Positions 39,401 through 52,202 of a stretch of DNA of 64,000 bases are shown in pieces. The notes under the pieces are model-generated. The model made no database searches. It was not told where the DNA came from and saw nothing but the letters and a program-made list of their open reading frames with translations. The stretch spans positions 10,052,655 through 10,116,654 of the forward strand of contig NC_134033.1 of the NCBI RefSeq assembly GCF_964204645.1, given 5' to 3'. Numbering within the stretch: position 1 is the first letter of the stretch; each line of letters starts with the position of its first letter. The translations under genes were made by a program, and so were the position numbers. The DNA comes from Tubulanus polymorphus (Eukaryota; Animalia; Nemertea).

Positions 39401-42400
39401 TTGATACATTTAGTGAAGTACCGATGATGTCAACTAAGGAGGATACTTCTTCCAAACACGGTGAGAAATCTAGGAAAAAGACAAAATCCAGAAAAGGTAA
39501 GAAGAATGAACCTGCAACGAGCTGCGTAGAAGTAACTTCAATGGGACCAGACTCAATAACTATAGTGGCCTCGACAGTTTTTACAAACCTATCAGAGGAA
39601 CTCGAGCAGCAGCAGCTGACTAGTGACGACTATCAATCAACTACTGGATATCAAAAGGACAGTGATCTACAAGTGAATAAGCGTGATCGAACAACCGATA
39701 AATCAGCTACATCAACAATTGGCGATACTCAGATTGGAGACCGAGATCAGACATCACGGGATCAAACTATTGATAAGTCAAGTGAACTAACACCTGAAGA
39801 CACTCGCACTGATGACCGAGACCGGACCTACCCGGATCAAACTACGGATGAATCGACTGAACTAACTTCTGAAGAAAATCAGACTGACCATCGAGACCAG
39901 ACCTCACGGGATCAAATAACTTATAGATCAACTGAACTAACACTTAAAGACACTCGGACTGAAGACCGAGACCAGACCTCTCCTGACCAAACTACTGATA
40001 AATCAACTAAACTAACACCTGAAGACACTCAGATTGAAGACCAAGACCAGACCTCACGGGATCAAACTACTGATAAATCGATTGAACTAACACCTGGAGA
40101 CACTCAGACTGAAAACCGGGAACAGACCTCACGGGATCAAACTACTGATAAATCGATTAAAACAACACCTGGAGACACTCAGACGGAAGACCGGGACCAG
40201 ACCTCACGTGATCAAACTACTGATAAACCGATTAAACTAACACCTGAAGACACTCAGACTGAAGACCAATACCAGACCTCACGGGATCAAACTACTGATA
40301 AATCGATTGAACTAACACCTGGAGACACTCAGACTGAAAACCGGGAACAGACCTCACGGGATCAAACTACTGATAAATCGATTAAAACAACACCTGGAGA
40401 CACTCAGACGGAAGACCGGGACCAGACCTCACGTGATCAAACTACTGATAAACCGATTAAACTAACACCTGAAGACACTCAGACTGAAGACCAATACCAG
40501 ACCTCACGGGATCAAACTACTGATAAATCGATTGAACTAACACCTGGAGACACTCAGACTGAAGACCGGGAACAGACCTCACGGGATCAAACTACTGATA
40601 AATCGATAAAACTAACACGTGGAGACACTCAGACTGAAGACCGGGACCAGACCTATCCGGATCAAACTACTAAAATATCAATTGTCTTAACACCTGAAGA
40701 CACTCAGACTGAAGATCGAGATCAGACCTCACGTGATCAAACTACTGATAAATCAACTGAACTAACACCTGAAGACATTCAGACTGACGATCGAGACCAG
40801 ACCTCACGGGATCAAATAACTTATAGATCAACTGAACTAGCACTTAAAGACACTCGGACTGAATACCGAGACCAGACCTCTCCTGACCAAACTACTGATA
40901 AATCAACTAAACTAAGACCTGAAGACACTCAGACTGAAGACCAAGACCAGACCTCACGGGATCAAACTACTGATAAATCGATTGAACTAACACCTGGAGA
41001 CACTCAGACTGAAGACCGGGACCAGACCTCACGGGATCAAACCACTGATAAATCGATTGAACTAACACCTGGAGACACTCAGACTGGAGACCGGGACCAG
41101 ACCTATCCGGATCAAACTACTAAAATATCTATTGTCTTAACACCTGAAGACACTCAGACTGAAGATCGAGATCAGACCTCACGTGATCAAACTAGTGATA
41201 AATCAATTAAACTAACACCTGGAGACACTCAGACTGAAGATCGAGACCAGACCTCACGGGATCAAACTACTGATAAATCAACTGAACTAACACCTAAAGA
41301 GACTGACACTGGTAACACGAATGAATATGCTGTCAATATTGAATATCTGGGTGATAATAATTCAGTAATTATCGCACCAATCCTCACCGATGATTCATCA
41401 TTAATTACAGGTGTGATAAACGATAAGAAATATACTACATTAGAAGACGGAAATCAGATGGAAGACTCAAGCGGAGATTGTGAAATGGTATCTCCGCCTG
41501 ACGTGCTGGACCAACCCGACGATGATACATTAGCCAGCGGTGAAGTTCATTCAGAGAGTTGTGTAGTGCGGGAGAATGCGCACCATGGAGTCGCCAACTC
41601 TGAAATAGTGTGCCTGGTTAATGACCCCGAGGTTGTTCCTCGGAATGTGTCATCTAAAGGTAACGACATTAATTCAGTAACCAGTGAAGAAGGCTTTACG
41701 GAGGTGCAAGAAGTCTGGGAGAATACACAACCTAGTGATAGAAACCCTGGGACTGTATCTGAAGACAAGGACTCGGAGTCAGAGCCTCAGAAAGAGGACT
41801 TTACCGAGGCAAGTGAAGCCAGCCCGGCAGACAAGGATCCTGAGCCAATAAATCAGGATATACCGGGTAAGGACAGTATCGGCCAAATGACTAGCGAGAT
41901 TAGTTTGACAGATGTGAGTAAAGAATTGAACAATCGACCACCAAATTACCCTGAATCAGTAAATCTAGAAATACCAGGTAAAGTTGATGACGACGATAAT
42001 GTAACCAGCGAAGGAGGTTTTATGAAAACATTAGGGGTTTGGGAAAATGAAAACAAACAACCCGCAGAGAAAAACGTTAAAGGTGAGACCGGACCTGACA
42101 CTGACACTGGACCTCAAACTGAAACTGGTCCTGAAACTGAGACCGGACCTCGCCCTACTAGGAGAATTCGATTCGATGATGAACTGATTACTAGCGAAGC
42201 TGGTTTCTACGAGACTCGTCACGTGTTAGTGAGGAAACCTGTTGATGAGGAGGTGAGTGACGAGGAGACTGATGAACTAGACCCAGCAGCAGCTCGTGAA
42301 CTGTGGGAGAAACGCAGGCACGAGTTACTAAAAGCTAGCGATGCGGTAAGACAGAAGGGCGACGCGTTTTCTACTCGGCGGATGAAAACTAAAAGTGAAG

Positions 42401-43674
42401 GTTATGATGAAACTCGTGAACGCGAATACTGGATCCGAACTGAAATCTGGAGTAATCCGGATATGAGTGAAAACGATAAACTAGAAGCGATGAGACGCAT
42501 AAGTTTGAGCGGTCGATTTCTAGATACCGATGAATGGTCTCGTGTTAGTGAAATGAGAAGCCCCGATCCGTTTAAATCGGATGTAACGTCGTTTGACCAG
42601 GCGATTGCTGAGCGTAACACCGGCACGTTCAGATGTGTGCCGCGGGACGAAGACGCGGCAGCGGCGGGTAGTGGCGTGCATGATCAGTCGGTGGAGGAGT
42701 ACGGCGGAGGTGAGATGGACGACGAAGAACGCCGCAAACTAGAGGAATATTACCGCGTATCGAGTGGCTTCAGTTCCCGGGGTCGAGGTACATATAAATC
42801 TAACGTCAGGCGACATAGTCTGGCTACTGTGGAGAAATGGACCATGTCTTTAGACGGATCGATGCATCGAAATTATGCCGTTAATGCGTTAAACGGAATT
42901 TCAGCTATCAACCCGGGACAGTTCAACATCGCGCAACAAAGTACATTTTACGACGATAGCGATAGTGATGATGATTTGGCGGATATCGGACTCGCCGCTC
43001 CAAAATCTAACCGACGACCGAGTCGTTCTTTAGAAGAATGGTGTCATTCGCTTCAGAGACGATTATCCCTGGCCGCTATCGGGGGTAAGCGTATGGAGCG
43101 TGATGTGGTCGCCGGGGGTGGGCGTAGACGCTGGTCTATGGTGGCTAAAGGTGCTCACACTGGCGTGCCCTCGCGACGCATGTCGGATATACCCGATATA
43201 CAGTACGGCGCTAGCGAGGAAGATGAGACTAAACTAACCGGTGATGAGTACGAAAGTGATACCGGTGAAACTAAAATCTTCAGTGATTTCTATCAGGATC
43301 AGAAACAGATTCAACTAGCTACGTTAACGGCAGGTTCGGCCCTGGATGCGGCTCGAGCTGAGCAGGAGTCCGAGCAGGAGTCCGGGTCAGCAGCCGCGGA
43401 TGAGTCCGAAGAGGGGTGGACGTCGACCGAAACCGAATACTACAGCGTGATGGAAGTCGAACAGAAGTTCGTAATAAGCGGTGTAGTAGATCCTCGCGTG
43501 CCAGCGGGTGAACCAAACGATATAATCTCGCTGGATAAAGCTCGTGAGGAAAATATAGTCTGTTGCGATCGCGGTGTTTATATGAATCCGTTAGATGGCA
43601 GCACGATTCCGCTACTGGAAGCGATGAACGAAGGTCTCATTCACGTTGACGTCGTTTACGAAAACCAATCATAG
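27452..43674 (+). CDS. Giant protein, 16.2-kb terminal coding exon; acidic low-complexity repeats with C-terminal plectin/plakin-type repeats
   Basis: Uninterrupted ORF of over 5,400 codons. Acceptor ttctctttcAG at 27450-27451, phase 1. C-terminus ISGVVDPR..IISLDKAREENIV...GVYMNPLDGSTIPLLEAMNEGLI fits the plectin-repeat pattern. Confidence 0.88.
36995..37731 (+). repeat. Coding 21-bp (7-aa, QPTEDVS) tandem repeat
   Basis: About 35 in-frame caacctactgaagatgtatca units. Confidence 0.92.
39700..41300 (+). repeat. Coding 75-bp (25-aa, TPEDTQTEDRDQTSRDQTTDKSIEL) tandem repeat
   Basis: About 21 in-frame units with 225-bp higher-order duplication. Confidence 0.95.
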
Positions 43675-46544
43675 AACTTTCAGAAAAAAATGAAATCTTT
43701 TGTTATCGATTACAGTTACGCAACAACATCTGTATGTACGTGTACGTGTGCCTCAGTATGGACATGTACGGTGTCGCTCCACGTGTGCCTTCAATATCGC
43801 TTATTGGAAACTCACTGTTTCTTGTGAACTCGGATATACTGAATCTTTGTTATTTCGTATTACCACCTGCTCCCACGCGCTCAATGCAATCCACAATATT
43901 CAAGCGATTAGACAAACTCTGAAAAATGCGCATTCTTAAGTGGATGCAGTTAATATTGTGACTGTATCATCGATTGTGTAATGTGTAAATGGAACCGTTT
44001 GAAGAATAATTTGCCTTGAATTAAACGCAGTCGTAATTCCATTTCATTCCTCAATAACTCTATCGTGTTGTCTGTGATTTATAAGTTGATCTCATCGTCG
44101 CTATTTTTCATTGATCATTAAGCGCGAATTAAAGAGACTCGGTCCAATATTGTAATGAGCGTCGACACGACGTATTTAATGACCGCCATGTGTACAGTTA
44201 CATAACATCAATCACAGCAACAACCCGAATGGAGATACTACACACTCCGATAGCGTACATCCATACGCGCAATTGCGGTTTGTTTTACTTTGAAGCGGGT
44301 TCCGAGTGAACGTATTCTGGTTGAGGAATATCAAATCTGGATTACAGACTCTCTACCGGCCGCTTCTAACCAGATTAACAAATTACGCTATTCCGGAATA
44401 GGTAGAGCGCATTCTGGCCAGAAAGGAATTCTTATCGAAACCTACGCGACTGAGATATGTCTTGAACGAAGTTTTACCAACTGTAAAATTGTGTATTAGA
44501 ACTTCTCAAAATGCTACATACATAATGAGCACCTTTTTTATATGGTGACGTTAGTTAAAAAATGCTCGTTCGCTATTGTATTTCCTGTAAATATTACTAG
44601 TTATTATACTACGAAATGAGGTTTTTACCTGCGGGGTTGAGAGGCGTGAGAATACCATACTTTACGATAATAGTATTCGTCAGGCGTGTTGGTAAAATAA
44701 CTAGTATTTATGGCTGTAAGTTCGCTTTGGTGGAAATCCGTTGGGATCTGTAGCTGCTGCTGGTCGCTGCTTAAACTAGTTATCAATCCCCGATCGTGTG
44801 AACAATCACATAGATTGGGTTTTCATCCTCTCATTGTAAATATTATATCTATCTAGAAGCTACTTAATAACATGCAGACGGTTTAGAACATATTGGTGTA
44901 ATCCAAATCTTCCCTTTATGTGCATGTGCTACTTAGCTTGCTCTCGGGAATTGTTCACGTAATCATTCAGGACTGTGGGGACTGTGGTTCCCGAGATATA
45001 GATAGCCAACTATAAAAACAAATCTGAATAATATCTTATGTATGGATCTGGTGATGGTTTGGTTGGTTTGATCGTATATGTACATTTATAAAAAGAAATT
45101 ACTGCGGAACTGAATGAAGTTATGTTAGTTTCATGTATTCCTGTAAATTGAAAATAAGATCTGAAAACCGTTTAAACGGTTACGCTGTATCACGAAACGT
45201 CGTAAAGTTTTATGACAACTCTTTTACTTGTCTCAGCATAAGCGACCGAAATGTCTCAATATATTTGAATCCAAACTAGGATCCAGTTACACAATAAACA
45301 TACATGGTAATGACTCTCATAAACTGTAGATATATCTACGGAATGAATGTTTTGTTCAGTAACTGGGTCCAAAGTGTATTCTAGGTATTAAAACCTTAGG
45401 TTACGGTTGATGTGTACATAATGTAGTCCAGAGTGTAGCTTCTGTGCCAAAAATATTTGTGATAAACGAGTGTATGCCTGATGAAATGATGATGAGAATA
45501 TCAGATAGTTGGATTAATAGATTGTAACCATGTTAGCAAGATAAATCAACATCTGGTGGTGGTGGTTGGGGTTAAAGAAAATGACTGATGTCTGGTCACA
45601 TATCAGAAATAGGCTTTTATATACAATGAAACTTGCTGCTCAAGTCGCCACACCAGTTGAACTAGAAAAATAAATCGGGACTCGGGAATAGAGACGACTT
45701 CACTAATGACGAGTTATCCAAATGATAACTTATAATTAGTGAAATGAATTGCAAATACAACACATTATATAAATTTGGAACTCGACACAAGTTTGAGTGT
45801 ATTGCATAATTTGCATCGTATCCATATGAATGAAGTATAAATGTCAAAACAGCATCAATGGTTCGGTATCCTGTACTATCGCCGAAGTTTGGCTTTTCAT
45901 TTTACTATTCTAATGTCTATATATTTTTTGTCAAGGAAGGAACTCTCTATCATGACAGTTAAATTTTCTCCTCTAGTGCTACGGACGCGTTAAACGGCGC
46001 CCGAGCATTCACAGAGTGTCTCAACTTAATGCACTGATAGAATCATTGCCCTTTACTGTAGTAACGATAATTTGATTACAATGTATTACCTGAAAAACTA
46101 TTTCGAGCGATTACACGCTTTGCCTTAATGTTTCTTACTCGATTAGTTAAATGTCAGAGTCAGGAAAAATTGCCCTGAATCCGATGAGCTTAACGAGATA
46201 CGAGGACACAATAAAAGTACATGGTAACCGCGTTTATGGTTTCGGCTATATTATATGTACTACATGTATATATAGTCAGTAAGGGGTCGGGTAAATTAAG
46301 TACTGTGAGGTGTTTTAGAAGTCGTACCCGATGTTAAATAGTTGTTTATTATTGGACAACTCGAGTGCATTATGTGTGATATCATTACCAGTAAATTCAG
46401 TTGAATGGTTAAAATAAAATGTAATTATTTTTTGTGTAACGCTGAAACTATATTATTATCAAGTGCCATGAACATAATGTAATAATGTATACGTTCAATG
46501 TTGTTTTGATGCTGTATTCATACATTCCACTGCTGCTGGTCGCT

Positions 46545-46554
46545 ATTAAATAAA
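46545..46554 (+). terminator. Candidate polyadenylation signal ending a ~2.9-kb 3'UTR of the giant gene
   Basis: Overlapping ATTAAA/AATAAA followed by a GT-rich stretch (ttgattgtcgttgcttgtcgtg); other AATAAA copies lie upstream. Confidence 0.4.
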
Positions 46555-46769
46555 ATTATATCATTTCATCCAATATTGATTGTCTCTTGATTGTCGTTGC
46601 TTGTCGTGATAAAAGATATCAATCTGCTGCCCGAAACATTCTACCACGATCCGATCATCATCATGCAGGCGGGCCAGGTCACAGTCAAAACATCATCCTA
46701 TAATCAGGTCGACACTACTCTCTAAGTCTGGATGGTATCTCCTAATGGGTAGGACATCACTATAATTAC

Positions 46770-47610
46770 TGGGACCTGCGTTTGAATCCGGGATATCCCT
46801 GTACATCCTCTATTCAGCATCAGGACCACCCTGGACCAGTATCAGTATCAGTAATTACCGGGTTCGAACCCGGGACAACCAGGTTGTTATTTATTCGATT
46901 TAAATATTAATTCCAATAGATGGCGAACACATAATGGTAAGTCAATCGACATACGATTCCGACACCTCTGTTCATCCTCTATCCAGCATTTAGACACTCA
47001 GAATCAGTATCAGTTATTCCCGCGTTCAAACGCGGGACCCCTGTATATGTATACTAATCAATATCATCAATCACTGGCTTCGAACCCGGGACAACCCTGA
47101 ACACCCTCCTATTCAGTAACAGGATAAGTCTGAATCAGTAACAGTGATTACTGGGTTCGAAACCCGAAACACCACAGTACAACCTCTATCCAGCATCAGC
47201 ACCACTCTGCATCAGTGTTAGTGATTACTGGGTTTGAAACCCGAAACACCCCTCTTCATGCTCTATCCAGCATCATTACCCGAATCAGCGTAAGTAATTA
47301 CTGGGTTCAAACCTGGGATGTTCAGTGATTACTAGGTTCAAATCCGGGATACCCCTGTACATCGATTATTTAGCACCGGGACCACCTTCCATGAGTTTTA
47401 GTTATTACTGAGTTCGAAACCGGCGACATCCTTGTTCGTTCTCTTTTCAGCATCAGGACCACTCTGTATCAGTATCAGTAATGTGTGGGTTCGAAACCGA
47501 GACACCCCTGTTCATCGCCAGGACCACTCTGAATAGGTGTCGGTACTTACTGGGTTCGAAACCGGGACACCTCTGTAGATCCTCAATTCATTATCAGGAC
47601 CACTCTGATA
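46770..47610. repeat. ~76-bp tandem array, each unit carrying a Pol III B-box-like GGTTCGAA(A)CCC
   Basis: About 11 units of ctgggttcgaacccgggacacccctgtacatcctctattcagcatcaggaccactctgaatcagtatcagtaatta-like sequence. Confidence 0.8.
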
Positions 47611-47886
47611 AATGGGTATGACACCACTCTAAAAGTATGGACGATGTCTCCGTATGTGTAGGACACCACTCCACTACGGACAGTGTCCCGAATTGGCAGG
47701 ACACTACTCGGTTAATCTCCTTATGGGTAGGAAGGATACAACTGACTCTGTCTCATACATGTTTTCTAACAGTCTGTTTTAAGCCGGACCAACAGTCCGA
47801 ACATAATCCTATATGCAGGTCGTTTCACTGGCAAAAACAAATAACAAAATCAAACTGTTTTGTTTGCCACTCATAGATTTGTCATA

Positions 47887-47892
47887 TTTATT
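47887..47892 (-). terminator. Candidate polyadenylation signal of BCOR
   Basis: AATAAA on - about 1.15 kb downstream of the stop codon, followed by GT-rich sequence on -. Confidence 0.4.
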
Positions 47893-49035
47893 ATTTCCAC
47901 GTTTTAATCCATGTACAAACTTCCGTTTAAACTTTATACAAACAATTTTAAAATGTGTGACATTTATTTACAATATTACAACAAAACCCAACCACGTGAC
48001 ACCGACGTATTTACAAACGTGACACTGACGTATTTACACCTACATAAATATATACAAACTTTACTAAACAGTTCAAAGACTCGTCACGAGGTGGCACTGT
48101 TACGTCAGTTTGGCATTAATCAAGATGAATACAAAACGAACTTTGCAATTGAAACTAGAACAAAAATTCTTGAAACCTTTGAAACTACGTTTTCACCGCG
48201 TACATCGATAATTCCACCCAGTTTAGGGATCTGAATCCTGAAACTTAATTGTTACATAATTCCAGCTAGGATATCACGAAAGAATTAATAATCGAAAAAG
48301 CGATACCGTTGGCATGGTCACTACTTATATGCAGAGACTCTGAGGCCGAGAGATGATCTCGACGCGAGTAGGCTCGAATCCCTGAATACACTAGCTACTA
48401 GCTGCTACTGACTAGAAAAAAAATAAAGATAATTAATTTCAACACTAACTAGAAACAATTATTAACATAAAATCCTGAATATCTCGAGTAGCTGAATAGT
48501 AGCTTTGTTGAACGTATCGAAAAAAATCAAATCAAGGATATCATCTAGGCTTTATGTGAAGAAAAATACATCATATGGCACAAATATAAAAAAATACGAT
48601 CTTAACATTTATTAATTACCATCAATCTCTTACTAATTATTATAATTAATATATACATTCATATTATTAATATCGATATTAAATATAACTTATTATATTT
48701 TCATTTCCAGAATCTTCTGACATCGATGAAAACGTACGACATAATCATTAATATGTTTCAATACAATATCTATTGATTTTATACAGTTCACATCGATATT
48801 TTCTATGTACATGAACTACCCAGACTTCAAGTGCTTTTTAACTTATTTTAGACACTCAATTCGATGAACCGTTTCTTTCTGAAGATCATGCGGTTTAGAA
48901 GCGACCGTGAGACCCCTTACGATTGTTTAACGCTAAGCAACGCGATAGCATAGTATGTGACGGGGGCTAATGACGTCGCGTTAACGGAGATCTAGTGACG
49001 TCGCTATTACGGATAACGGGAGTGCAATGACGTAA

Positions 49036-50857
49036 TTATAACGGTTGACAGTTTGAATAGTCCTGGTATTCACGCGAGGTACTACTATTCTGTATCGGGC
49101 GGTTGGTACACGGAGTATTCAGTTCGTTGTTCGTTGTTTCCTCGCGTGGTGGCGCTGTGGTTGTGGATGTTGTTGTAGTTGTAGTAGTTGTTAAGGAGTC
49201 GGTTATTGCACTGTTGTTGTTGTTATTGTTGTTGTTGTTATTCGGCTGCTGTTTACCGGTCGTTAACGAGTAACCGACCTGATTAAAGTTGCAATCTTCC
49301 TCCACTTGTTTATCGGTTCCTTGGTCGTCTATGGCGTCGTTGTCGTGGGAAGTCGATTTTGAAGTAACAGATGGTGAGTTATCGGAGACTGATTGCTGCT
49401 GCTGCTGCTGTCCATCAACTCTCACTACCGGGTCTGAAGCGGTTAATGTCATATGACTCGCTGTCGTTGCTGTCGTCGTTGTTTCAGCAGCTGATGTCGA
49501 TACGGTTACCTTTTTATTCGACGCGTTTTTATTTCCGGTACTAATCGGAAGTCGCGAGAGTTGCGCAGCTGTCAAGCCGCTGCCGCCGCTGGTGCTGCTG
49601 CCGGCGCTGGAATGTAGTCGGGACATCACGTGTGAATTATGATGATAAGTCGGCATCGGTTGCGAGGCTGTGTGCCCTCGGTATAGGGGGCGCTGCGGCT
49701 GCTGCTGGTATTTAATTTGCTGCGTATAAAATTGAAAAGAAGACGGCGACGCAGAAACGGCGGCTCCGGAAACAGGCGAACTGAATCGATGATGAATTGA
49801 AGACGGGTGATGAAACTTCGTCTGTACCTGATGCTGCTGTTGCTGCCGCTGCCGTTGCTGACTTGTAGCGCCATAGAATCTGTTCATATATAGATTATTA
49901 ATCGGAAGTCGTACATTATTGATTAAATCGATATTAACAGCAGCAGCAGATGAGGGGGAAGATTGAATTTTTGTTTGCCTGTCGTTAACTGTCGCGTGAT
50001 AATGTATTGTTTGACCGGAAGTTGGTCGTTCCGGTTGGTTGTTTATCGTTTTAGCAATAGCAGGTGATTCGACGTTATTTTGTTTTGTTGCAGCGGTAGT
50101 AATATTTATTGTTTTATCGGGTTGAACGTCACCGTTTCTAGAGTTGACACAGGCCGCCTGTTTTGAGCCGTTACCCGGTAACGAGGCTGCGTCGCTTTTA
50201 TTATTTACACTATCGATTTCCGCCGTATCGTTGTCTCCACAACCTACGATTGTCTCGGAGCTAGAACTGCTCAGATTGGCTAATACCGAATCGGTTATAG
50301 CGCCGGTTGATGAGTCATAGCCCGCACCGTCACTACCACGCCCGGGCTCTATCCCGGGACGTACGGGTCGCGATAGTTTTTTCTTATCGGGGCTCTCCCA
50401 ATCGTCCTCATACACGATGCCCTTAGCGACGGAACATTTCAGTTTTTTCTTACAGTTCGAGCCCTTACTGTCGGTCGAGACGGTCGAATCCTGACTGAAT
50501 CTACGTTTCGTCGCACTAAACCTTTTCGTAGATGACGTCATTGATAGCTGCGTATCGCTGCCGAATCGTAGTCGGTCGTATTCGCAGTCGGTCCGCGCGT
50601 TTAGCCTGATCAGAGCGCCATCTATTAGATTACCAGCGACGCTGTCTAGTGGAACGACGTCGAAATAAGACGGTCCCCGCTTGCCGATTTGACTGATGCA
50701 CTCCGGCAGTTCAGTCACGACACTCTCCTGCACTTGTTTGCGGAATATCGTCGCCGACACCCGCCGCAAATCAACATCACCGTGTTTGTTCACGAATTCC
50801 GCCTTCGTCAATTGCAGTTGCCCGATTACGTGATTCAACATGACGTAGTGTCGAGGC
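49036..50857 (-). CDS. BCOR: BCL-6 corepressor (BCOR/BCORL1) orthologue, last exon: PUFD second half + long low-complexity tail
   Basis: Acceptor ttgcAG at 50858-50859, phase 2. RPRHYVMLNHVIGQLQLTKAEF..VDLRRVSATIFRKQVQES..FDVVPL aligns with human [46 protein letters not shown]. Confidence 0.85.
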
Positions 50858-51326
50858 CTGCAACGAAATTAACAAATATATTTTAGACACACAGAACACG
50901 AACAGGCCTTAAATACAATTCTAAGCACGTCGGTCGGAAAGGAATAACCTATTCCAAACACGTTTGAAGAATCTACTTCTATCTAGTGTGGTTTTTTAAA
51001 TGTTTCAATTTGAATTTTCAGTAACAGCATGGATATAAAAACGAATATAACTATGATTACATATCTAAAACAATATTCTATATCTTAAACAGTTAAGAAA
51101 TGTCTGTTGTTGTCATCTATTCTTGTCACTATTCACGACACATTGCGAATTATTACTTCTTTTACAAAATATTAACATAAAGCCCGACGAATGCTACACA
51201 GAGAAACATGGAAACATGTTTCAGAGCATTTCTCGGTGTCGTGTACGTTGGACTTTAGGGAATGGAGGCTAGAAAAATTCCAAATAGTGTTAATGGAGGG
51301 GGTGAGCTAAACTATTCGATGGATAC

Positions 51327-51573
51327 CTGGTATCACCGGGAAGATGAAGAACATATGACGTAATCTGTGGTCGGCTGCTGAGTTCGATCTGTATGTGGAG
51401 ATCGGCATCTTCATCGTCAGGCGGTAAATTATCGAATAGATTACATCCGATGTCCTCATCATCAGCGTCCAAACAACGACTACCATAGAAACTCCACTCG
51501 TCATCGTCATCAGCCACTCCAGCATCGCCAGCTGCAGCTGCATCGGAACTACCGTTTATATCTTTAAGAAAAC
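51327..51573 (-). CDS. BCOR: BCOR exon: linker and PUFD start
   Basis: FLKDING..WSFYGSRCLD..GCNLFDNLP..IELSSRPQITSY versus human YLNDLQG..WDFYGSSVCE..GYDVLANPP..FEFSETPLLPCY; phases 1/2 consistent. Confidence 0.9.
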
Positions 51574-52202
51574 CTAGAAAAAAATACATCAGCATTTACA
51601 CATCTTCAGTGTGTATTTCCATACTTCAAACTCAGAACTGACGCTTTGTGTTAAGTGTCAATTCAGCAATATCCAATCGTTTGTCTGTGGGTAAAATTTT
51701 AACTTAGTAAATTTTCAATTTTGCTTTCTTCAATAATGTAAACAAATTAATCGACTTAACAAGGTCCTTAGCAAATTTTCAACTTTGGGTTCTTAGATAA
51801 TGTAAACTAATTGGTCGACTGAAAACGGACTCGAGCCGTTTCGAAGCAAGGTTTGACCGGTGAGGAAAAAACTGAATGAATTTTAGTGGTTGAATCAAAT
51901 CAGGAACATGAATCAAATATGGAATACGAGTCCTAAATTAAACTGACTCGGTGTAATTTAAATGAAAGTGGTGACTGCGGCTGCGGTTTGCATTAAAACC
52001 GACCCTGGCGAGTCAATTTCCGACTCGGCAATCATACGAATTTAACATCCTCACTTCCGGATATTGAGACACTTTGACGTCATAGATAACGGAAGCAATT
52101 TAGGTAAAATATCCCACCACTCAATGCAATACATCAACTCGTTATTTCGCTGCGAGCTGCGACGCCTACTTTTTAATCGACGAGAGGAAAATGTCAACTT
52201 AC

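Noticed and set aside
28551-43516. Numerous short antisense and alternate-frame ORFs, including 37188-37616
   Set aside because: Shadows of the repetitive giant coding exon with no independent motifs
27452-43674. Naming the giant gene as titin, mucin, MACF1/dystonin or AHNAK
   Set aside because: No Ig/Fn3, VWD, CH/spectrin or PDZ domains are visible; similarity would be compositional only
46770-47610. CRISPR array or tRNA gene cluster
   Set aside because: Whole units are homologous with no unique spacers, there are no cas genes, the context is eukaryotic, and no A-box or cloverleaf is evident
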